From the sequence record SRR33789315_37: DNA of 39,077 bases; one strand, 5' to 3'. Position 1 is the stretch's first letter, and each line of letters starts with the position of its first letter. Made by a program: the position numbers and the translations under genes. Of this stretch, positions 28,509-39,076 are shown in pieces. The notes beneath the pieces are model-generated. The model was not told the origin of the DNA and did no database searches. It worked only from the letters and a program-made list of their open reading frames with translations.

Positions 28509-28550
28509 AATTTTGATTCAATTGCTATAAAGTTACAGATTCTCTCGCGC

Positions 28551-29534
28551 TTATTGAGTAATCAATGCCATTTCAACAACACCAGAAAAAAGTTCTTCTA
28601 AAGAAATACCTGCTTCTGCTGCTTGCTGCGGGATTAAACTTGCTGGTGTAAGTCCAGGTGTTGTATTGACTTCCAGAAAATACGGAATGCCATCCTTAAA
28701 GATATATTCTGCGCGGGTGATACCTTTCAGTTTTAAAACTTTAAACACTTTAACAGCTAATTCTTGTACCATTTTGGTTTGCTCTTCACTAATACGCGCC
28801 GGCGTTATTTCTTTTGATTTACCTTCATATTTGGCCTGATAATCAAAAAAATCATTTTCACTAACTATTTCTGTAACGGGTAAAGCAACCGGTTTTCCGT
28901 TGTAATTGATTACACCTACGGTGACTTCGGTTCCGTCCAAAAAAGATTCTATGATAATCTCATCATCTTCGGCAAAAGATTTAGCGATAGCATCAGGTAT
29001 TTCAGCTTCAGTATACACTTTACTAATACCAAAACTACTGCCTGCTTTATTGGCTTTTACAAAACAAGGAAGTCCTACACTACTTACAATTTCTGCGGGG
29101 TTTATTTCATCTCCTTTATTTACAAAATAATTTGTTGCGGTATCTATCCCATAAGGTTTAAGTACGCTTATACAGTCTCTTTTGTTGAAGGTTAGCCCTG
29201 CCTGATAGGCATCACAAGCCGTTTGCGGAATGTTTAAGAGTTCTAGATAGGCTTGTAATTTACCATCTTCTCCAGGAGTACCGTGAATGGTATTAAATAC
29301 GGCATCAAAAACGATTTTTTCTTCTCCTAATTGCAGTGTGAAATCGGCCTTATTAACGTGTATTTCTTCGGCATTCTCTAATTTACAGATCCATTTATCT
29401 TGTAAAATATGAATGGCATAAGCTGTATATTTTTGCTTATCTAAATGTTGCATTACAGTTTTTCCGCTTAAAATAGAAATACCATATTCACTAGAGTAGC
29501 CGCCCATAACGACTGCAATATTCTTTTTGCGCAT
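28551..29534 (-). CDS. ddl: D-alanine--D-alanine ligase
   Basis: GGYSSE, HGTPGEDG, GSSFG, FDYQAKY and EVNTTPG motifs. Confidence 0.95.
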   Translation of the reverse strand: MRKKNIAVVMGGYSSEYGISILSGKTVMQHLDKQKYTAYAIHILQDKWICKLENAEEIHVNKADFTLQLGEEKIVFDAVFNTIHGTPGEDGKLQAYLELLNIPQTACDAYQAGLTFNKRDCISVLKPYGIDTATNYFVNKGDEINPAEIVSSVGLPCFVKANKAGSSFGISKVYTEAEIPDAIAKSFAEDDEIIIESFLDGTEVTVGVINYNGKPVALPVTEIVSENDFFDYQAKYEGKSKEITPARISEEQTKMVQELAVKVFKVLKLKGITRAEYIFKDGIPYFLEVNTTPGLTPASLIPQQAAEAGISLEELFSGVVEMALITQ

Positions 29535-29626
29535 ATCAATTCATAAAAAATAACCGTTTAAAGGTACAAACTAGGTTTAGGCAAAATGAAAAAAAATTAT
29601 AAAATTGGGCATCGGTCATTTTTAAT

Positions 29627-29634
29627 TAAGTTTG
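29627..29634 (+). promoter_or_regulatory. -7 promoter box TAAGTTTG for the PASTA-rluD operon
   Basis: Exact TAnnTTTG 22 nt before the ATG; TTG about 19 nt upstream. Confidence 0.5.
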
Positions 29635-29656
29635 TACCCTTAAAACAATTAGATAG

Positions 29657-30250
29657 ATGAGCTTATTTAAGTTTATTTTCAGCAAAACCTTTTTAATACA
29701 ATTGGCCATTGCTGTAGGTATAATATTAATCTTGATTTTGGTCAGTTCTTTTTGGCTAAAACAATCTACCAATCACGATCAACGCATTGCAGTGCCTGAT
29801 TTGAGTAAGATGACCTTAGACCTAGTTAAACAGGAATTAGAAAATGCAGATTTAAATTATATCGTGATTGATTCTTCAAACTTTAATCCAGATTATCCTA
29901 GATATTCTGTAATAGAGCAAAATCCCGGTCCTGGTAAATTTGTAAAAGAAAAGCGTAAAATATATCTCGTTCTTAATCCTTCAGGATATCGCAAGATAGA
30001 AGTACCTAACCTGGTAGGTCGCACCAGAAGACAGGCAGATCCAAAACTTGTGGCTTTAGGATTTAAAATTGGCAAAATATCCTATAAACCTTATATTGGA
30101 GAAGACGAAGTACTAGAAATGCGTCATAAAGGTAAAAAAATAAAAGCTGGTGATTATCTTCCAAAAACTTCTGTTATTGACCTTGTCTTGGGAGATGGAT
30201 CTAAGTTTTATGATCCCCGAGAAGCTTTAAATAAAGAAGATGAAAACTAA
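29657..30250 (+). CDS. PASTA domain-containing membrane protein
   Basis: N-terminal TM helix; VPDL..VIEQNP.PG..VK and VPNLVG repeats; ddl/rluD neighbourhood. Confidence 0.88.
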   Translation: MSLFKFIFSKTFLIQLAIAVGIILILILVSSFWLKQSTNHDQRIAVPDLSKMTLDLVKQELENADLNYIVIDSSNFNPDYPRYSVIEQNPGPGKFVKEKRKIYLVLNPSGYRKIEVPNLVGRTRRQADPKLVALGFKIGKISYKPYIGEDEVLEMRHKGKKIKAGDYLPKTSVIDLVLGDGSKFYDPREALNKEDEN

Positions 30251-30266
30251 GATTTTTTAAGCGAAT

Positions 30267-31298
30267 ATGATTGAGGAAGAGGAAGAGCTCAACGAGCAAG
30301 ATGATGAACTTTACGAGCATTATTCTTTTACAGCGGGAAAAGGTCAAGAACCTTTGCGTGTGGATAAATTTTTAATGAATTTTGTCGAAAATGCAACCCG
30401 TAATAAAATACAAAAAGCAGCCAAAAACGGAAGCATCTATGTAAATGGAGAAACCGTTAAGCAAAATTATAAAGTAAAAGCTTACGATGTGGTGCGCGTT
30501 TTATTTGAGCATCCTCCACATGAACATTTACTTACCCCACAAAATATTCCGTTAGATATTGTCTATGAAGACGATACCTTATTAGTCGTGAATAAACCCG
30601 CAGGAATGGTCGTTCATCCTGGACACGGTAATTATAGCGGCACACTAATCAATGCGCTAATCTATCATACAGAAAATCTTCCTGAGAACAGTAGCGGCAG
30701 ACCTGGATTAGTTCATCGCATTGATAAAGACACAACGGGATTACTCGTCGTTGCCAAAACCGAAGATGCGATGGTACATTTATCTAAACAATTTTTTGAT
30801 AAATCCAGTGAACGAGAATACATTGCTTTAGTCTGGGGAAATGTAACCGAAGAGGAAGGAACTATTGAAGGAAATATAGGTAGAAATCCAAAAAACCGTA
30901 TGCAAAATATGGTGTATGTGGATGGAGATGAGGGCAAAGAAGCTGTAACACACTATAAAGTATTAGAACGCTTTGGTTATGTAACTTTGGTTTCTTGTAA
31001 ACTAGAAACAGGACGCACCCATCAGATTAGGGTGCACATGAAATATATAGGACATACGCTTTTCAATGATGAGCGTTATGGAGGAGATACGATATTAAAA
31101 GGCACTAGTTTCACAAAATACAAGCAGTTTGTAGACAACTGTTTTAAAGTATTACCCCGTCAAGCCTTACATGCAAAAACATTAGGCTTTGTACATCCTG
31201 TAACAGGAAAATGGATGAGCTTTAATACCGAAATTCCACAAGATATGCAGGACTGCATCGAAAAATGGAGAAATTATGCACAGCATGTTTCCCAGTAA
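30267..31298 (+). CDS. rluD: RluA family pseudouridine synthase (RluD-like, with S4 domain)
   Basis: RVDKFL, NKPAGMVVHP, HRIDKDTTG, TGRTHQIRVH and RQALHA motifs. Confidence 0.9.
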   Translation: MIEEEEELNEQDDELYEHYSFTAGKGQEPLRVDKFLMNFVENATRNKIQKAAKNGSIYVNGETVKQNYKVKAYDVVRVLFEHPPHEHLLTPQNIPLDIVYEDDTLLVVNKPAGMVVHPGHGNYSGTLINALIYHTENLPENSSGRPGLVHRIDKDTTGLLVVAKTEDAMVHLSKQFFDKSSEREYIALVWGNVTEEEGTIEGNIGRNPKNRMQNMVYVDGDEGKEAVTHYKVLERFGYVTLVSCKLETGRTHQIRVHMKYIGHTLFNDERYGGDTILKGTSFTKYKQFVDNCFKVLPRQALHAKTLGFVHPVTGKWMSFNTEIPQDMQDCIEKWRNYAQHVSQ

Positions 31299-31366
31299 AT
31301 CAAAATATAACAGACTTGTTATAAGCCGATATACTAATTCTTTGTAATTTATCTAAAATTGCCAAC

Positions 31367-31552
31367 ATGTTTGATTCATTACCTGTTGTAACCCAGTTTG
31401 TATTAATTGTAATAGGCATTGCCCTACTCTTTCTGTATGTCTTCTCAAATTCAAAGAAAAATAAAGAGAAATTATATAAGCGTAAAAGACGGGACTTTAG
31501 AAAAAACTATTACGAAAGAAAGGATAACGACAAGAACCAATCAGCCGATTAG
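31367..31552 (+). CDS. Small single-pass membrane protein with basic C-terminal tail
   Basis: 61 aa, one TM helix then K/R-rich; ends 2 nt before the next ATG. Confidence 0.65.
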   Translation: MFDSLPVVTQFVLIVIGIALLFLYVFSNSKKNKEKLYKRKRRDFRKNYYERKDNDKNQSAD

Positions 31553-31554
31553 CC

Positions 31555-32127
31555 ATGAAAATATATACCAAAACAGGAGATAGTGGTACAACTTCCTTAA
31601 TAGGTGGTACACGGGTTAAAAAAGATCATCTGCGTATAGAATGTTATGGTACGCTAGACGAGCTCAATTCTTTCCTAGGCCTGCTTAGAGATCAAAAAGT
31701 AGATTCTATAACGCTTGCTGCAATTCTTCAGATTCAATCTAAACTTTTTACAATAGGAGCTTTTTTAGCTACAGATCCAGCAAAAAGCAGTTTAAAAAAT
31801 GGAAAAAACCGCACGGGAATCAATCCTATTACAGATGAAGACCTGCTCTTTTTAGAAAATCAGATAGACTCCATGAGTCTAGAATTACCAGTAATGACAC
31901 ACTTTATACTTCCTGGAGGTCACCAGACTGTGTCATTCTGTCACTTAGCGCGCTGTGTATGTCGCCGTGCTGAGCGTTTGATCGTAGCCTTAAACGAAAT
32001 AGAAGCGGTAGACGCAATTAATATTAAATATCTCAATCGTCTTTCTGACTATCTATTCGTACTGGCACGAAAATTGACTCAAGACTTAGGCGTAAATGAA
32101 GTAAAATGGGAGCCTGAAAAGGTTTAG
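31555..32127 (+). CDS. PduO-type ATP:cob(I)alamin adenosyltransferase
   Basis: MKIYTKTGD.G.T, YGTLDELNS, FILPGG, RRAER and YLNRLSDYLF motifs. Confidence 0.93.
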   Translation: MKIYTKTGDSGTTSLIGGTRVKKDHLRIECYGTLDELNSFLGLLRDQKVDSITLAAILQIQSKLFTIGAFLATDPAKSSLKNGKNRTGINPITDEDLLFLENQIDSMSLELPVMTHFILPGGHQTVSFCHLARCVCRRAERLIVALNEIEAVDAINIKYLNRLSDYLFVLARKLTQDLGVNEVKWEPEKV

Positions 32128-32238
32128 TGTTATTGAATTTATATAGAAAAGGATTCAAAGTTTATACAACATTTACAGACGTTCTTAAAATTATTTTTAA
32201 ATAATTGATTATTTACTTGGAGGTTACGCAATAAAAAT

Positions 32239-32246
32239 TACTTTTG
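32239..32246 (+). promoter_or_regulatory. -7 promoter box TACTTTTG for the DUF2795 gene
   Basis: Exact consensus 23 nt upstream of the ATG. Confidence 0.55.
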
Positions 32247-32269
32247 CAAAAATTATAATACCTTAACCT

Positions 32270-32491
32270 ATGTACTGGACATTAGAACTTGCCTCACACC
32301 TTAGTGATGCGCCATGGCCGGCCACGAAAGATGAATTAATTGATTATGCAATCAGAACGGGTGCGCCTTTAGAAGTTGTAGAAAATCTTCAAGCAATGGA
32401 AGACGAAGGTGACTCATATGATTCAATCGATGAGATTTGGCCAGACTATCCTTCAGATGAGGATTATCTCTGGAATGAAGATGAATATTAA
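32270..32491 (+). CDS. DUF2795 domain-containing protein
   Basis: MYWTLELAS.L.DAPWPATKDELIDYAIRTGAPLEVVENLQ, a conserved Bacteroidota small acidic protein. Confidence 0.9.
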   Translation: MYWTLELASHLSDAPWPATKDELIDYAIRTGAPLEVVENLQAMEDEGDSYDSIDEIWPDYPSDEDYLWNEDEY

Positions 32492-32511
32492 AAACTAATA
32501 TTAAACAGAAC

Positions 32512-32540
32512 AAAAGTCTCCTATCAGAGGCTTTTTTTTT
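32512..32540 (+). terminator. Intrinsic terminator after DUF2795
   Basis: AAAAGTCTC-CTATCA-GAGGCTTTT plus a long T-run; TAAATTTG -7 box for secA follows at 32544-32551. Confidence 0.75.
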
Positions 32541-32587
32541 GTTTAAATTTGAACCTGTTTTCTAGAAAAAAAAGCATTTACCTACTT

Positions 32588-35500
32588 ATGGGAATATTAG
32601 ATAAAGTATTAAAGATTTTTGTTGGCGATAAATCCAAACAGGATGTCGCTTCTATTATGCCAATTGTTGATCAAATAAAGGCATTAGAAGGAGATATGGA
32701 GAAACTATCTCACGATGAACTCCGGCAAAAAACAATCCAATTTAAAGCTCAAATTAAAGAAGCCCTTAATGAGGTAAGTTCTAGAATGAGCGAATTGGAA
32801 AAAGAAGCAGAAACTGCAGAAGACATTGATCGTAAAGAAGATATCTATGCAGAGATAGATTCGCTAAAAGATAAAGCCTACGAGATAACTGAAGAAGTTC
32901 TCCATAAAATTCTCCCTGAAGCCTTTGCCGTTGTAAAAGAAACTGCAAAACGCTTTGTTGCAAATCCAGAAATAGAAGTAACAGCCAGCCCTTTTGATCG
33001 CGAATTAAGCGCCGAAAAAGAGTATATCAGACTTGTAGACGATAAAGCCTATTGGGCAAATAGCTGGAACGCCGCAGGAAAGCCTGTCACTTGGGATATG
33101 GTGCATTATGATGTGCAGCTTATAGGTGGTGTGGCTATGCACCAAGGTAAAATTGCAGAAATGCAAACAGGTGAAGGTAAAACACTAGTTGCTACGCTTC
33201 CTGTGTACCTAAATGCACTTACCGGTAATGGCGTGCACTTAGTAACCGTTAACGACTACCTTGCAAAACGAGATAGCGCGTGGATGGCTCCCATTTTTCA
33301 ATTTCATGGCCTAACTATAGATTGTATAGATTATCATAAACCAAACTCTGCCGCAAGAAGAAAAGCTTACGCCGCAGATATTACCTATGGTACTAACAAT
33401 GAATTTGGATTTGATTACCTGCGGGATAATATGGCTCACGCCCCTACAGACTTGGTACAAAGACCGCATAACTATGCTATCGTAGATGAGGTAGATTCTG
33501 TATTAGTAGATGATGCACGTACCCCTTTAATTATTTCAGGCCCTGTTCCTAAAGGAGATCAACACGAGTTTGACGCTTTAAAGCCTAAAATTGAGCAACT
33601 CGTAAACATTCAACGTCAGAAATTGATAGGCACTTTAGCCGAAGCTAAGAAATTAATAGCAGCAGGTGATACTAAAGAAGGAGGACTACAACTCTTTCGT
33701 GTTTTTCGTGGACTTCCTAAAAATAAAGCACTTATTAAATACCTGAGTGAAGAAGGTATTAAAATGTTAGTGCAGAAAACCGAAAATCATTATATGCAAG
33801 ACAACAATAGAGAAATGCCTATTGTTGATGAAGAGCTTTATTTCACTATTGAAGAAAAAAATAATCAGATTGACCTTACAGATAATGGTATAGAATACCT
33901 CTCTGGAAAAGAAGATCCCAACTTTTTTGTCCTTCCTGAAATGGGAATGGAAATAAGTAAGATTGAAGCAAAAGGATTATCAAAAGAAGAAGAGGCTAAA
34001 GAAAAAGAAGAACTCTTTAGAGATTTTAGTATTAAAAGTGAGCGTATTCATACGATGAATCAGCTTCTAAAAGCATACACTCTTTTTGAAAAAGATACCG
34101 AGTATGTCGTGATGGACAACAAGGTTAAAATCGTAGACGAGCAAACCGGACGTATTATGGACGGTCGTCGTTATAGCGATGGTTTACATCAAGCAATTGA
34201 AGCAAAAGAAAACGTAAAAATTGAAGACGCTACACAAACCTTTGCTACAATAACCCTGCAAAACTTCTTTAGAATGTACCGCAAGCTTTCTGGTATGACA
34301 GGTACTGCCGTAACAGAAGCTGGTGAATTATGGGAAATCTATAAACTGGATGTGGTAGAAATACCTACAAACAGACCTATTGCGCGTGATGATCGAGATG
34401 ACAAGGTTTACAAAACAAAACGCGAAAAATACAATGCGGTTATTAACGAAGTAACAGAGTTAACGCAACAAGGACGACCTGTACTTATAGGTACCACTTC
34501 TGTTGAAATTTCTGAGCTCTTGAGCAGAATGCTTACGCTGAGAAAAATTCCGCATAATGTATTGAATGCAAAAATGCATAAAAAAGAAGCAGACATTGTT
34601 GCCGAAGCGGGTAACGCTGGTCAGGTAACTATTGCTACCAACATGGCAGGTCGTGGTACAGATATTAAGCTAAGTAACGAGGTTAAAAAAGCAGGTGGAC
34701 TTGCTATTGTGGGTACAGAACGTCACGATTCTCGTCGTGTAGACAGACAGTTACGTGGTCGTGCTGGTCGTCAAGGTGATCCAGGAAGTTCACAATTCTA
34801 TGTTTCCCTTGAAGACAACCTGATGCGTCTATTTGGTTCTGAGCGTATTGCCAAAATGATGGACCGTATGGGTCTTGAAGAAGGTGAAGTAATCCAACAT
34901 GGTATGATCTCTAAGTCTATAGAGCGCGCACAGAAAAAAGTGGAAGAAAACAACTTTGGTGTACGTAAAAGATTGTTAGAGTATGATGACGTGATGAATG
35001 CACAACGTGAAGTAATCTATAAAAGACGTTATCACGCATTATATGGAGAAAGACTACGTGTAGACTTGGCTAATATGATCTATGATACCTCAGAAATCAT
35101 TACCGAGTCTAATAAAATGGCACAGGATTATAAAAACTTTGAGTTTGAATTGATTAGATTCTTCTCGATGAGTAGTCCTGTTACCGAAGCCGAATTTGGT
35201 TCAAAAGACGCAAAATCTATTACTGAAGAAGTTTATAAAGCAGCGTTAGCGCATTACCACCTAAAAATGGAACGCAATGCAGAAATAGCTTTCCCGATAA
35301 TTAAAAACGTTTATGAAAACCCTGAAAGTAAATATGAGCGTATTGTAGTTCCTTTTTCTGATGGAACAAAAGAACTGCGTGTAGTTACAAACCTTAAAGA
35401 AGCCTATGATTCTGAAGGAAAACAACTCATCACAGATTTTGAGAAAAACATTAGCCTTGCTATAATTGATGACGCCTGGAAAACACATTTGCGTAAAATG

Positions 35501-35947
35501 GACGAATTAAAGCAGAGTGTGCAACTTGCCGTTCATGAGCAAAAAGATCCTTTATTGATCTATAAGTTTGAAGCTTTTGAATTATTCAAACAAATGGTAG
35601 AAGAAGTAAATAAAGATGTTATTTCATTCTTATTTAAAGGAGAACTACCCGTGCAAGATGAAACCCAAATTCGGGAAGCCAGAGAAGCCAAAAAACGGGA
35701 AACTACACAAACCTCTAAGGAAGAAATACAAAACTTAGACGAACGTGCTTCACAAAGTAGAGCGATTAGTAATAACCAGCCCAGACAACAACAAGTTACA
35801 GAAACCATAGTAAGAGATCGTCCTAAAATAGGCCGTAATGATCGAGTAACTATAAAAAATGTAATGAGTGGTGAAAACAAAAGCGTAAAATACAAACAAG
35901 CAATTCCGCTTTTAGATAAAGGCGACTGGGTTCTTGTAGAAGAGTAA
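32588..35947 (+). CDS. secA: Preprotein translocase subunit SecA
   Basis: [25 protein letters not shown] and [13 protein letters not shown] motifs. ATG 32588 preferred over the upstream TTG. Confidence 0.97.
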   Translation: MGILDKVLKIFVGDKSKQDVASIMPIVDQIKALEGDMEKLSHDELRQKTIQFKAQIKEALNEVSSRMSELEKEAETAEDIDRKEDIYAEIDSLKDKAYEITEEVLHKILPEAFAVVKETAKRFVANPEIEVTASPFDRELSAEKEYIRLVDDKAYWANSWNAAGKPVTWDMVHYDVQLIGGVAMHQGKIAEMQTGEGKTLVATLPVYLNALTGNGVHLVTVNDYLAKRDSAWMAPIFQFHGLTIDCIDYHKPNSAARRKAYAADITYGTNNEFGFDYLRDNMAHAPTDLVQRPHNYAIVDEVDSVLVDDARTPLIISGPVPKGDQHEFDALKPKIEQLVNIQRQKLIGTLAEAKKLIAAGDTKEGGLQLFRVFRGLPKNKALIKYLSEEGIKMLVQKTENHYMQDNNREMPIVDEELYFTIEEKNNQIDLTDNGIEYLSGKEDPNFFVLPEMGMEISKIEAKGLSKEEEAKEKEELFRDFSIKSERIHTMNQLLKAYTLFEKDTEYVVMDNKVKIVDEQTGRIMDGRRYSDGLHQAIEAKENVKIEDATQTFATITLQNFFRMYRKLSGMTGTAVTEAGELWEIYKLDVVEIPTNRPIARDDRDDKVYKTKREKYNAVINEVTELTQQGRPVLIGTTSVEISELLSRMLTLRKIPHNVLNAKMHKKEADIVAEAGNAGQVTIATNMAGRGTDIKLSNEVKKAGGLAIVGTERHDSRRVDRQLRGRAGRQGDPGSSQFYVSLEDNLMRLFGSERIAKMMDRMGLEEGEVIQHGMISKSIERAQKKVEENNFGVRKRLLEYDDVMNAQREVIYKRRYHALYGERLRVDLANMIYDTSEIITESNKMAQDYKNFEFELIRFFSMSSPVTEAEFGSKDAKSITEEVYKAALAHYHLKMERNAEIAFPIIKNVYENPESKYERIVVPFSDGTKELRVVTNLKEAYDSEGKQLITDFEKNISLAIIDDAWKTHLRKMDELKQSVQLAVHEQKDPLLIYKFEAFELFKQMVEEVNKDVISFLFKGELPVQDETQIREAREAKKRETTQTSKEEIQNLDERASQSRAISNNQPRQQQVTETIVRDRPKIGRNDRVTIKNVMSGENKSVKYKQAIPLLDKGDWVLVEE

Positions 35948-35981
35948 TAAGATAATATCTCATTGTTTTATAGAATTTTAT

Positions 35982-36009
35982 AAATCCCAAAGCAACCCTT
36001 TGGGATTTT
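35982..36009 (+). terminator. Intrinsic terminator after secA
   Basis: AAATCCCAAAG-CAACC-CTTTGGGATTTT. Confidence 0.75.
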
Positions 36010-36031
36010 ATGTATCTATATATTAAAACCT

Positions 36032-36574
36032 ATGCCTATGAAAACCAGATTTTTACTTTGTATCAGCATAGGACTTGCCTTGCTTTCTTGCTCACCAAAT
36101 ATAGATGGAATTAAAAGCCAAGAAGGCATCAACTTTAGCCAGAGCCAAACAGATTGGGAACAGCTTAAAATAGAAAATAACAACTCTTACAGCTACATTG
36201 CAACCAGTTCTTCTGTATTTGGTTTTTCTCGCCGCACTACCATAACCGTTAAAAATGGGGCTGTTTTTTCACGAGAATATATATCCTATGCTTTTGATGA
36301 AGAAAATCAAACACAGCGTCTAGATGAAACCTATTTTGAAGAAACTGCCTATATCAATACCCACGCTAACGGTTTTAAAGCACAAACTATTGATCAACTC
36401 TACAATTCTTGTATAGGCGAGTACTTAGCAGTAAGTCGTAAGAAAAACAGCATTTATTTTGAAACCTTTTCTAATAATGTGATTTCAAAGTGTGGCTATG
36501 TGCCAGAAGGCTGTATGGATGATTGTTTTACAGGATTTTCACTCACTGGTTTTGAGTGGGTAAAAGATAAATAA
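36032..36574 (+). CDS. Hypothetical lipoprotein
   Basis: Lipobox LLSC; W..LK...SYSY, TITVKNG, TIDQLY and C-terminal CMDDC. Start could be ATG 36038. Confidence 0.75.
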   Translation: MPMKTRFLLCISIGLALLSCSPNIDGIKSQEGINFSQSQTDWEQLKIENNNSYSYIATSSSVFGFSRRTTITVKNGAVFSREYISYAFDEENQTQRLDETYFEETAYINTHANGFKAQTIDQLYNSCIGEYLAVSRKKNSIYFETFSNNVISKCGYVPEGCMDDCFTGFSLTGFEWVKDK

Positions 36575-36658
36575 TCTCCAAGTTATTAGAAAATAAGTGA
36601 ATCGGTTAGAAATTACTGGTAAAGAATTTTTTTATATCTTATATCACATTTTTAGGAT

Positions 36659-37141
36659 ATGAGAAAAATAGAACTAAAGTGGGCAATTATTTTTATAGTG
36701 GTCACCTTACTTTGGATGGTAATAGAAAAATTATCAGGATTACATGACAAGTATATCGATAAGCATATGTATGTCACAAACCTATTTGCCATCGTTGCTA
36801 TAGCGCTTTTTGTATTTGCCCTAAAAGACAAGAAAAAAAATTATTTTAAGGGTTCTATGACTTGGAAACAGGGTTTTATTTCTGGACTCTACCTCACCAT
36901 ATTCATAACCTTACTCACTCCTTTTTCTCAATATATAACCAGTGAATACATTACGCCAGACTATTTCACTAACATAATAAACCACAGTGTTGAGAAAGGA
37001 ATGCAAACCCAAGAAGAAGCAGAAGCCTATTTTAATCTTAAAAGTTATATCATTCAAGCGACAGTATTTGCTTTTTTAATGGGGCTGGTAACTGCTGCGG
37101 TCGTAGCTTTGTTTCTACGAAACAAAAAGAAAATCTCTTAA
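36659..37141 (+). CDS. DUF4199-like membrane protein
   Basis: Four TM segments; MTWKQGFISG and YITPDYF motifs. Confidence 0.75.
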   Translation: MRKIELKWAIIFIVVTLLWMVIEKLSGLHDKYIDKHMYVTNLFAIVAIALFVFALKDKKKNYFKGSMTWKQGFISGLYLTIFITLLTPFSQYITSEYITPDYFTNIINHSVEKGMQTQEEAEAYFNLKSYIIQATVFAFLMGLVTAAVVALFLRNKKKIS

Positions 37142-37959
37142 TGGATCACTCCAAAATCCAACTTATCTGCTCAGATATTGATGGAACCCTTCTTGATGCC
37201 AGCCGCAATATTTCTGCTGCAACTATAGCCATCATTCAAGAATTACAATTGCCATTTATCTTGGCTTCTTCCCGTATGCCCAGTGCGATGCGGTATCTAC
37301 AAAAACAGTTAGGAATTGATGGAGCTCCTTTAATTGCCTATAATGGCGGACTTATTTTAGGCGAAAACAACACCGTTTTACAAAGTAATACGTTTGACAG
37401 GACGGTACTGGCTGAAATTATTGACCATCAAAGACAGCATAGCTACAACATAAGTACGTTTTGTGAAGATATTTGGCATACGGCAGAACACGATTTTTGG
37501 ACCGCACGCGAAATTAACAATACACGGGTTAACCCGAATATAATTTCTAATACCACGGTGATGCAAGAAATTATAGATCAGGAACAGTTGCCACATAAAA
37601 TCATGTGTATGGGTACAGCTGAAGAACTGGATAGTCTGGTAGCCGTTCTTTCTACCGGAAAAGAAGAACATGCGCATCTATACCGTTCTAAAGATACCTA
37701 CCTAGAGATTACTGCAAAACATACAGACAAGGCAAAAGCTTTGCGATTTTTACTGGAAGCACAATATCATATCACAATGGAAAATGTTATTGCTTTTGGT
37801 GATAACCACAATGATGATGAGTTACTCAAACAAGCAGGAACTGGCGTTGCTGTAGCAAATGCTACTGATAAGTTAAAGGCTATTGCCAATTTTGTGAGTC
37901 CGTATACCCATAAGGAAGATGCGGTTGCCAAAACTTTACAGCATTTCTTCAGTAAATAA
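37141..37959 (+). CDS. Cof-type HAD-IIB hydrolase
   Basis: DIDGTLL, YNGG, YLEI, DKAKAL and AFGDNHND motifs. Confidence 0.92.
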   Translation: MDHSKIQLICSDIDGTLLDASRNISAATIAIIQELQLPFILASSRMPSAMRYLQKQLGIDGAPLIAYNGGLILGENNTVLQSNTFDRTVLAEIIDHQRQHSYNISTFCEDIWHTAEHDFWTAREINNTRVNPNIISNTTVMQEIIDQEQLPHKIMCMGTAEELDSLVAVLSTGKEEHAHLYRSKDTYLEITAKHTDKAKALRFLLEAQYHITMENVIAFGDNHNDDELLKQAGTGVAVANATDKLKAIANFVSPYTHKEDAVAKTLQHFFSK

Positions 37960-37962
37960 ATT

Positions 37963-38051
37963 CGGGTAGGGATAGTAGCGGCATCCCCTGAGCTTGCGAA
38001 GGGATATAGCGAATAGCCCGGTCACGCTTTTTTCAAAAGCGGGAACCCGCC
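37963..38051 (+). ncRNA. Structured intergenic element resembling the flavobacterial Flavo-1-type motif
   Basis: Outer stem CGGGT/ACCCG; GGG..TAGCG-GC-ATCCC..GGGAT-A-TAGCG..CCC; second stem CGCTTTT/AAAAGCG. Family assignment is from recollection only. Confidence 0.45.
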
Positions 38052-38094
38052 AAAAAATCATCATTTAATTTTGGGGAAATGGAAACAAGTTATT

Positions 38095-38118
38095 GAGATG
38101 CTGAAACAAGTTCAGCAT
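38095..38118. repeat. REP-like hairpin GAGATGCTGAAACAAGTTCAGCAT
   Basis: ATGCTGAA-ACAAG-TTCAGCAT inverted repeat between convergent genes. Confidence 0.55.
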
Positions 38119-38159
38119 AAAAAAAGGGAGGTGCGCTCCAACCAAAAAGCACACCTCCC
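38119..38159 (-). terminator. Intrinsic terminator of the ABC1 kinase gene
   Basis: Minus strand reads GGGAGGTGTGCT-TTTTGGTTGG-AGCGCACCTCCC-TTTTTTT. Confidence 0.75.
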
Positions 38160-38188
38160 AAAACAACCTAACCAATAATTATTAAGAA

Positions 38189-39076
38189 TTAACTAAATTT
38201 TTCAAAATTATTCACTTGAATGCGTGCGCCAATATCATGCATGAGGCTATACAGCCCGAAAAAAGTTCGGTTTATGTATATAAAATGCCTACTTCCACGA
38301 TTTCCGTTCATCTTGCGTATGGTGGTATCTTTACTGTATTTATCGCTTAAATCTGCTATTTTGTTAAAAAACTCTTCGTCTTTAAAATCAAATTCTTCTT
38401 GGTGAAAAGGTTGCGTGAATAAACTCAACAACTCGTGAAAAAGCTCTGAAAAGAATTCGATTTCTTGTGGTGTATCTGTTTCTTTAAGAATTTCTAACTC
38501 AAATAATTTTGCTCTAAATAGTTGAGGATTATCTATATTTTTTGGGACAGCTAACTCAAAATAAGGCTTGTAAAACGATTCTGGAACTTCTTTTACACAG
38601 CCAAAATCTATGGCTATAAGATTATTATCTTTATCGATTAGAAAATTACCAGGATGTGGATCTGCATGTACGCGGCGCAATTTATGCATCTGAAACATGT
38701 AGAAATCCCATAGCGCTTGCCCTACTTGATCTGCAATTTCTGGATTTGTATTACGCGCTGCAAACTCACTCAGGTGCTCCCCTTCCATCCAATCCATCGT
38801 GATGATTCTTTCGCTAGAAAGTTCTGGATAATAGGTAGGAAATCTAAGATTAGGAATAGGTGCGCATAGTTGACTAATCTCGATGCTTTGCTTTACTTCC
38901 AGATAATAATTTGTTTCCTCTATAAGCTTATTCTCTACTTCTTGAAAGTATTTGTCCTTGTCCTTGCCTCTTAGGTTAAACATACGCGTGGCAATGGGTT
39001 TTACCAAAGCTAAATCACTACTAATACTGTCTGCAACCCCTGGATATTGAATTTTCACAGCAAGTTTTTTCCCATC
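38189..39076 (-). CDS. AarF/ABC1/UbiB family atypical kinase (5' part outside the window)
   Basis: Frame open to the window edge (DGKKLAVKIQYPG); EETNY..E, HADPHPGN and DFG motifs. Confidence 0.9.
   Translation of the reverse strand, partial: DGKKLAVKIQYPGVADSISSDLALVKPIATRMFNLRGKDKDKYFQEVENKLIEETNYYLEVKQSIEISQLCAPIPNLRFPTYYPELSSERIITMDWMEGEHLSEFAARNTNPEIADQVGQALWDFYMFQMHKLRRVHADPHPGNFLIDKDNNLIAIDFGCVKEVPESFYKPYFELAVPKNIDNPQLFRAKLFELEILKETDTPQEIEFFSELFHELLSLFTQPFHQEEFDFKDEEFFNKIADLSDKYSKDTTIRKMNGNRGSRHFIYINRTFFGLYSLMHDIGARIQVNNFEKFS

Noticed and set aside
31299-31554. Cobalamin riboswitch before the adenosyltransferase
   Set aside because: No B12-box/GCCACTG-type consensus, and the space is occupied by a small ORF.
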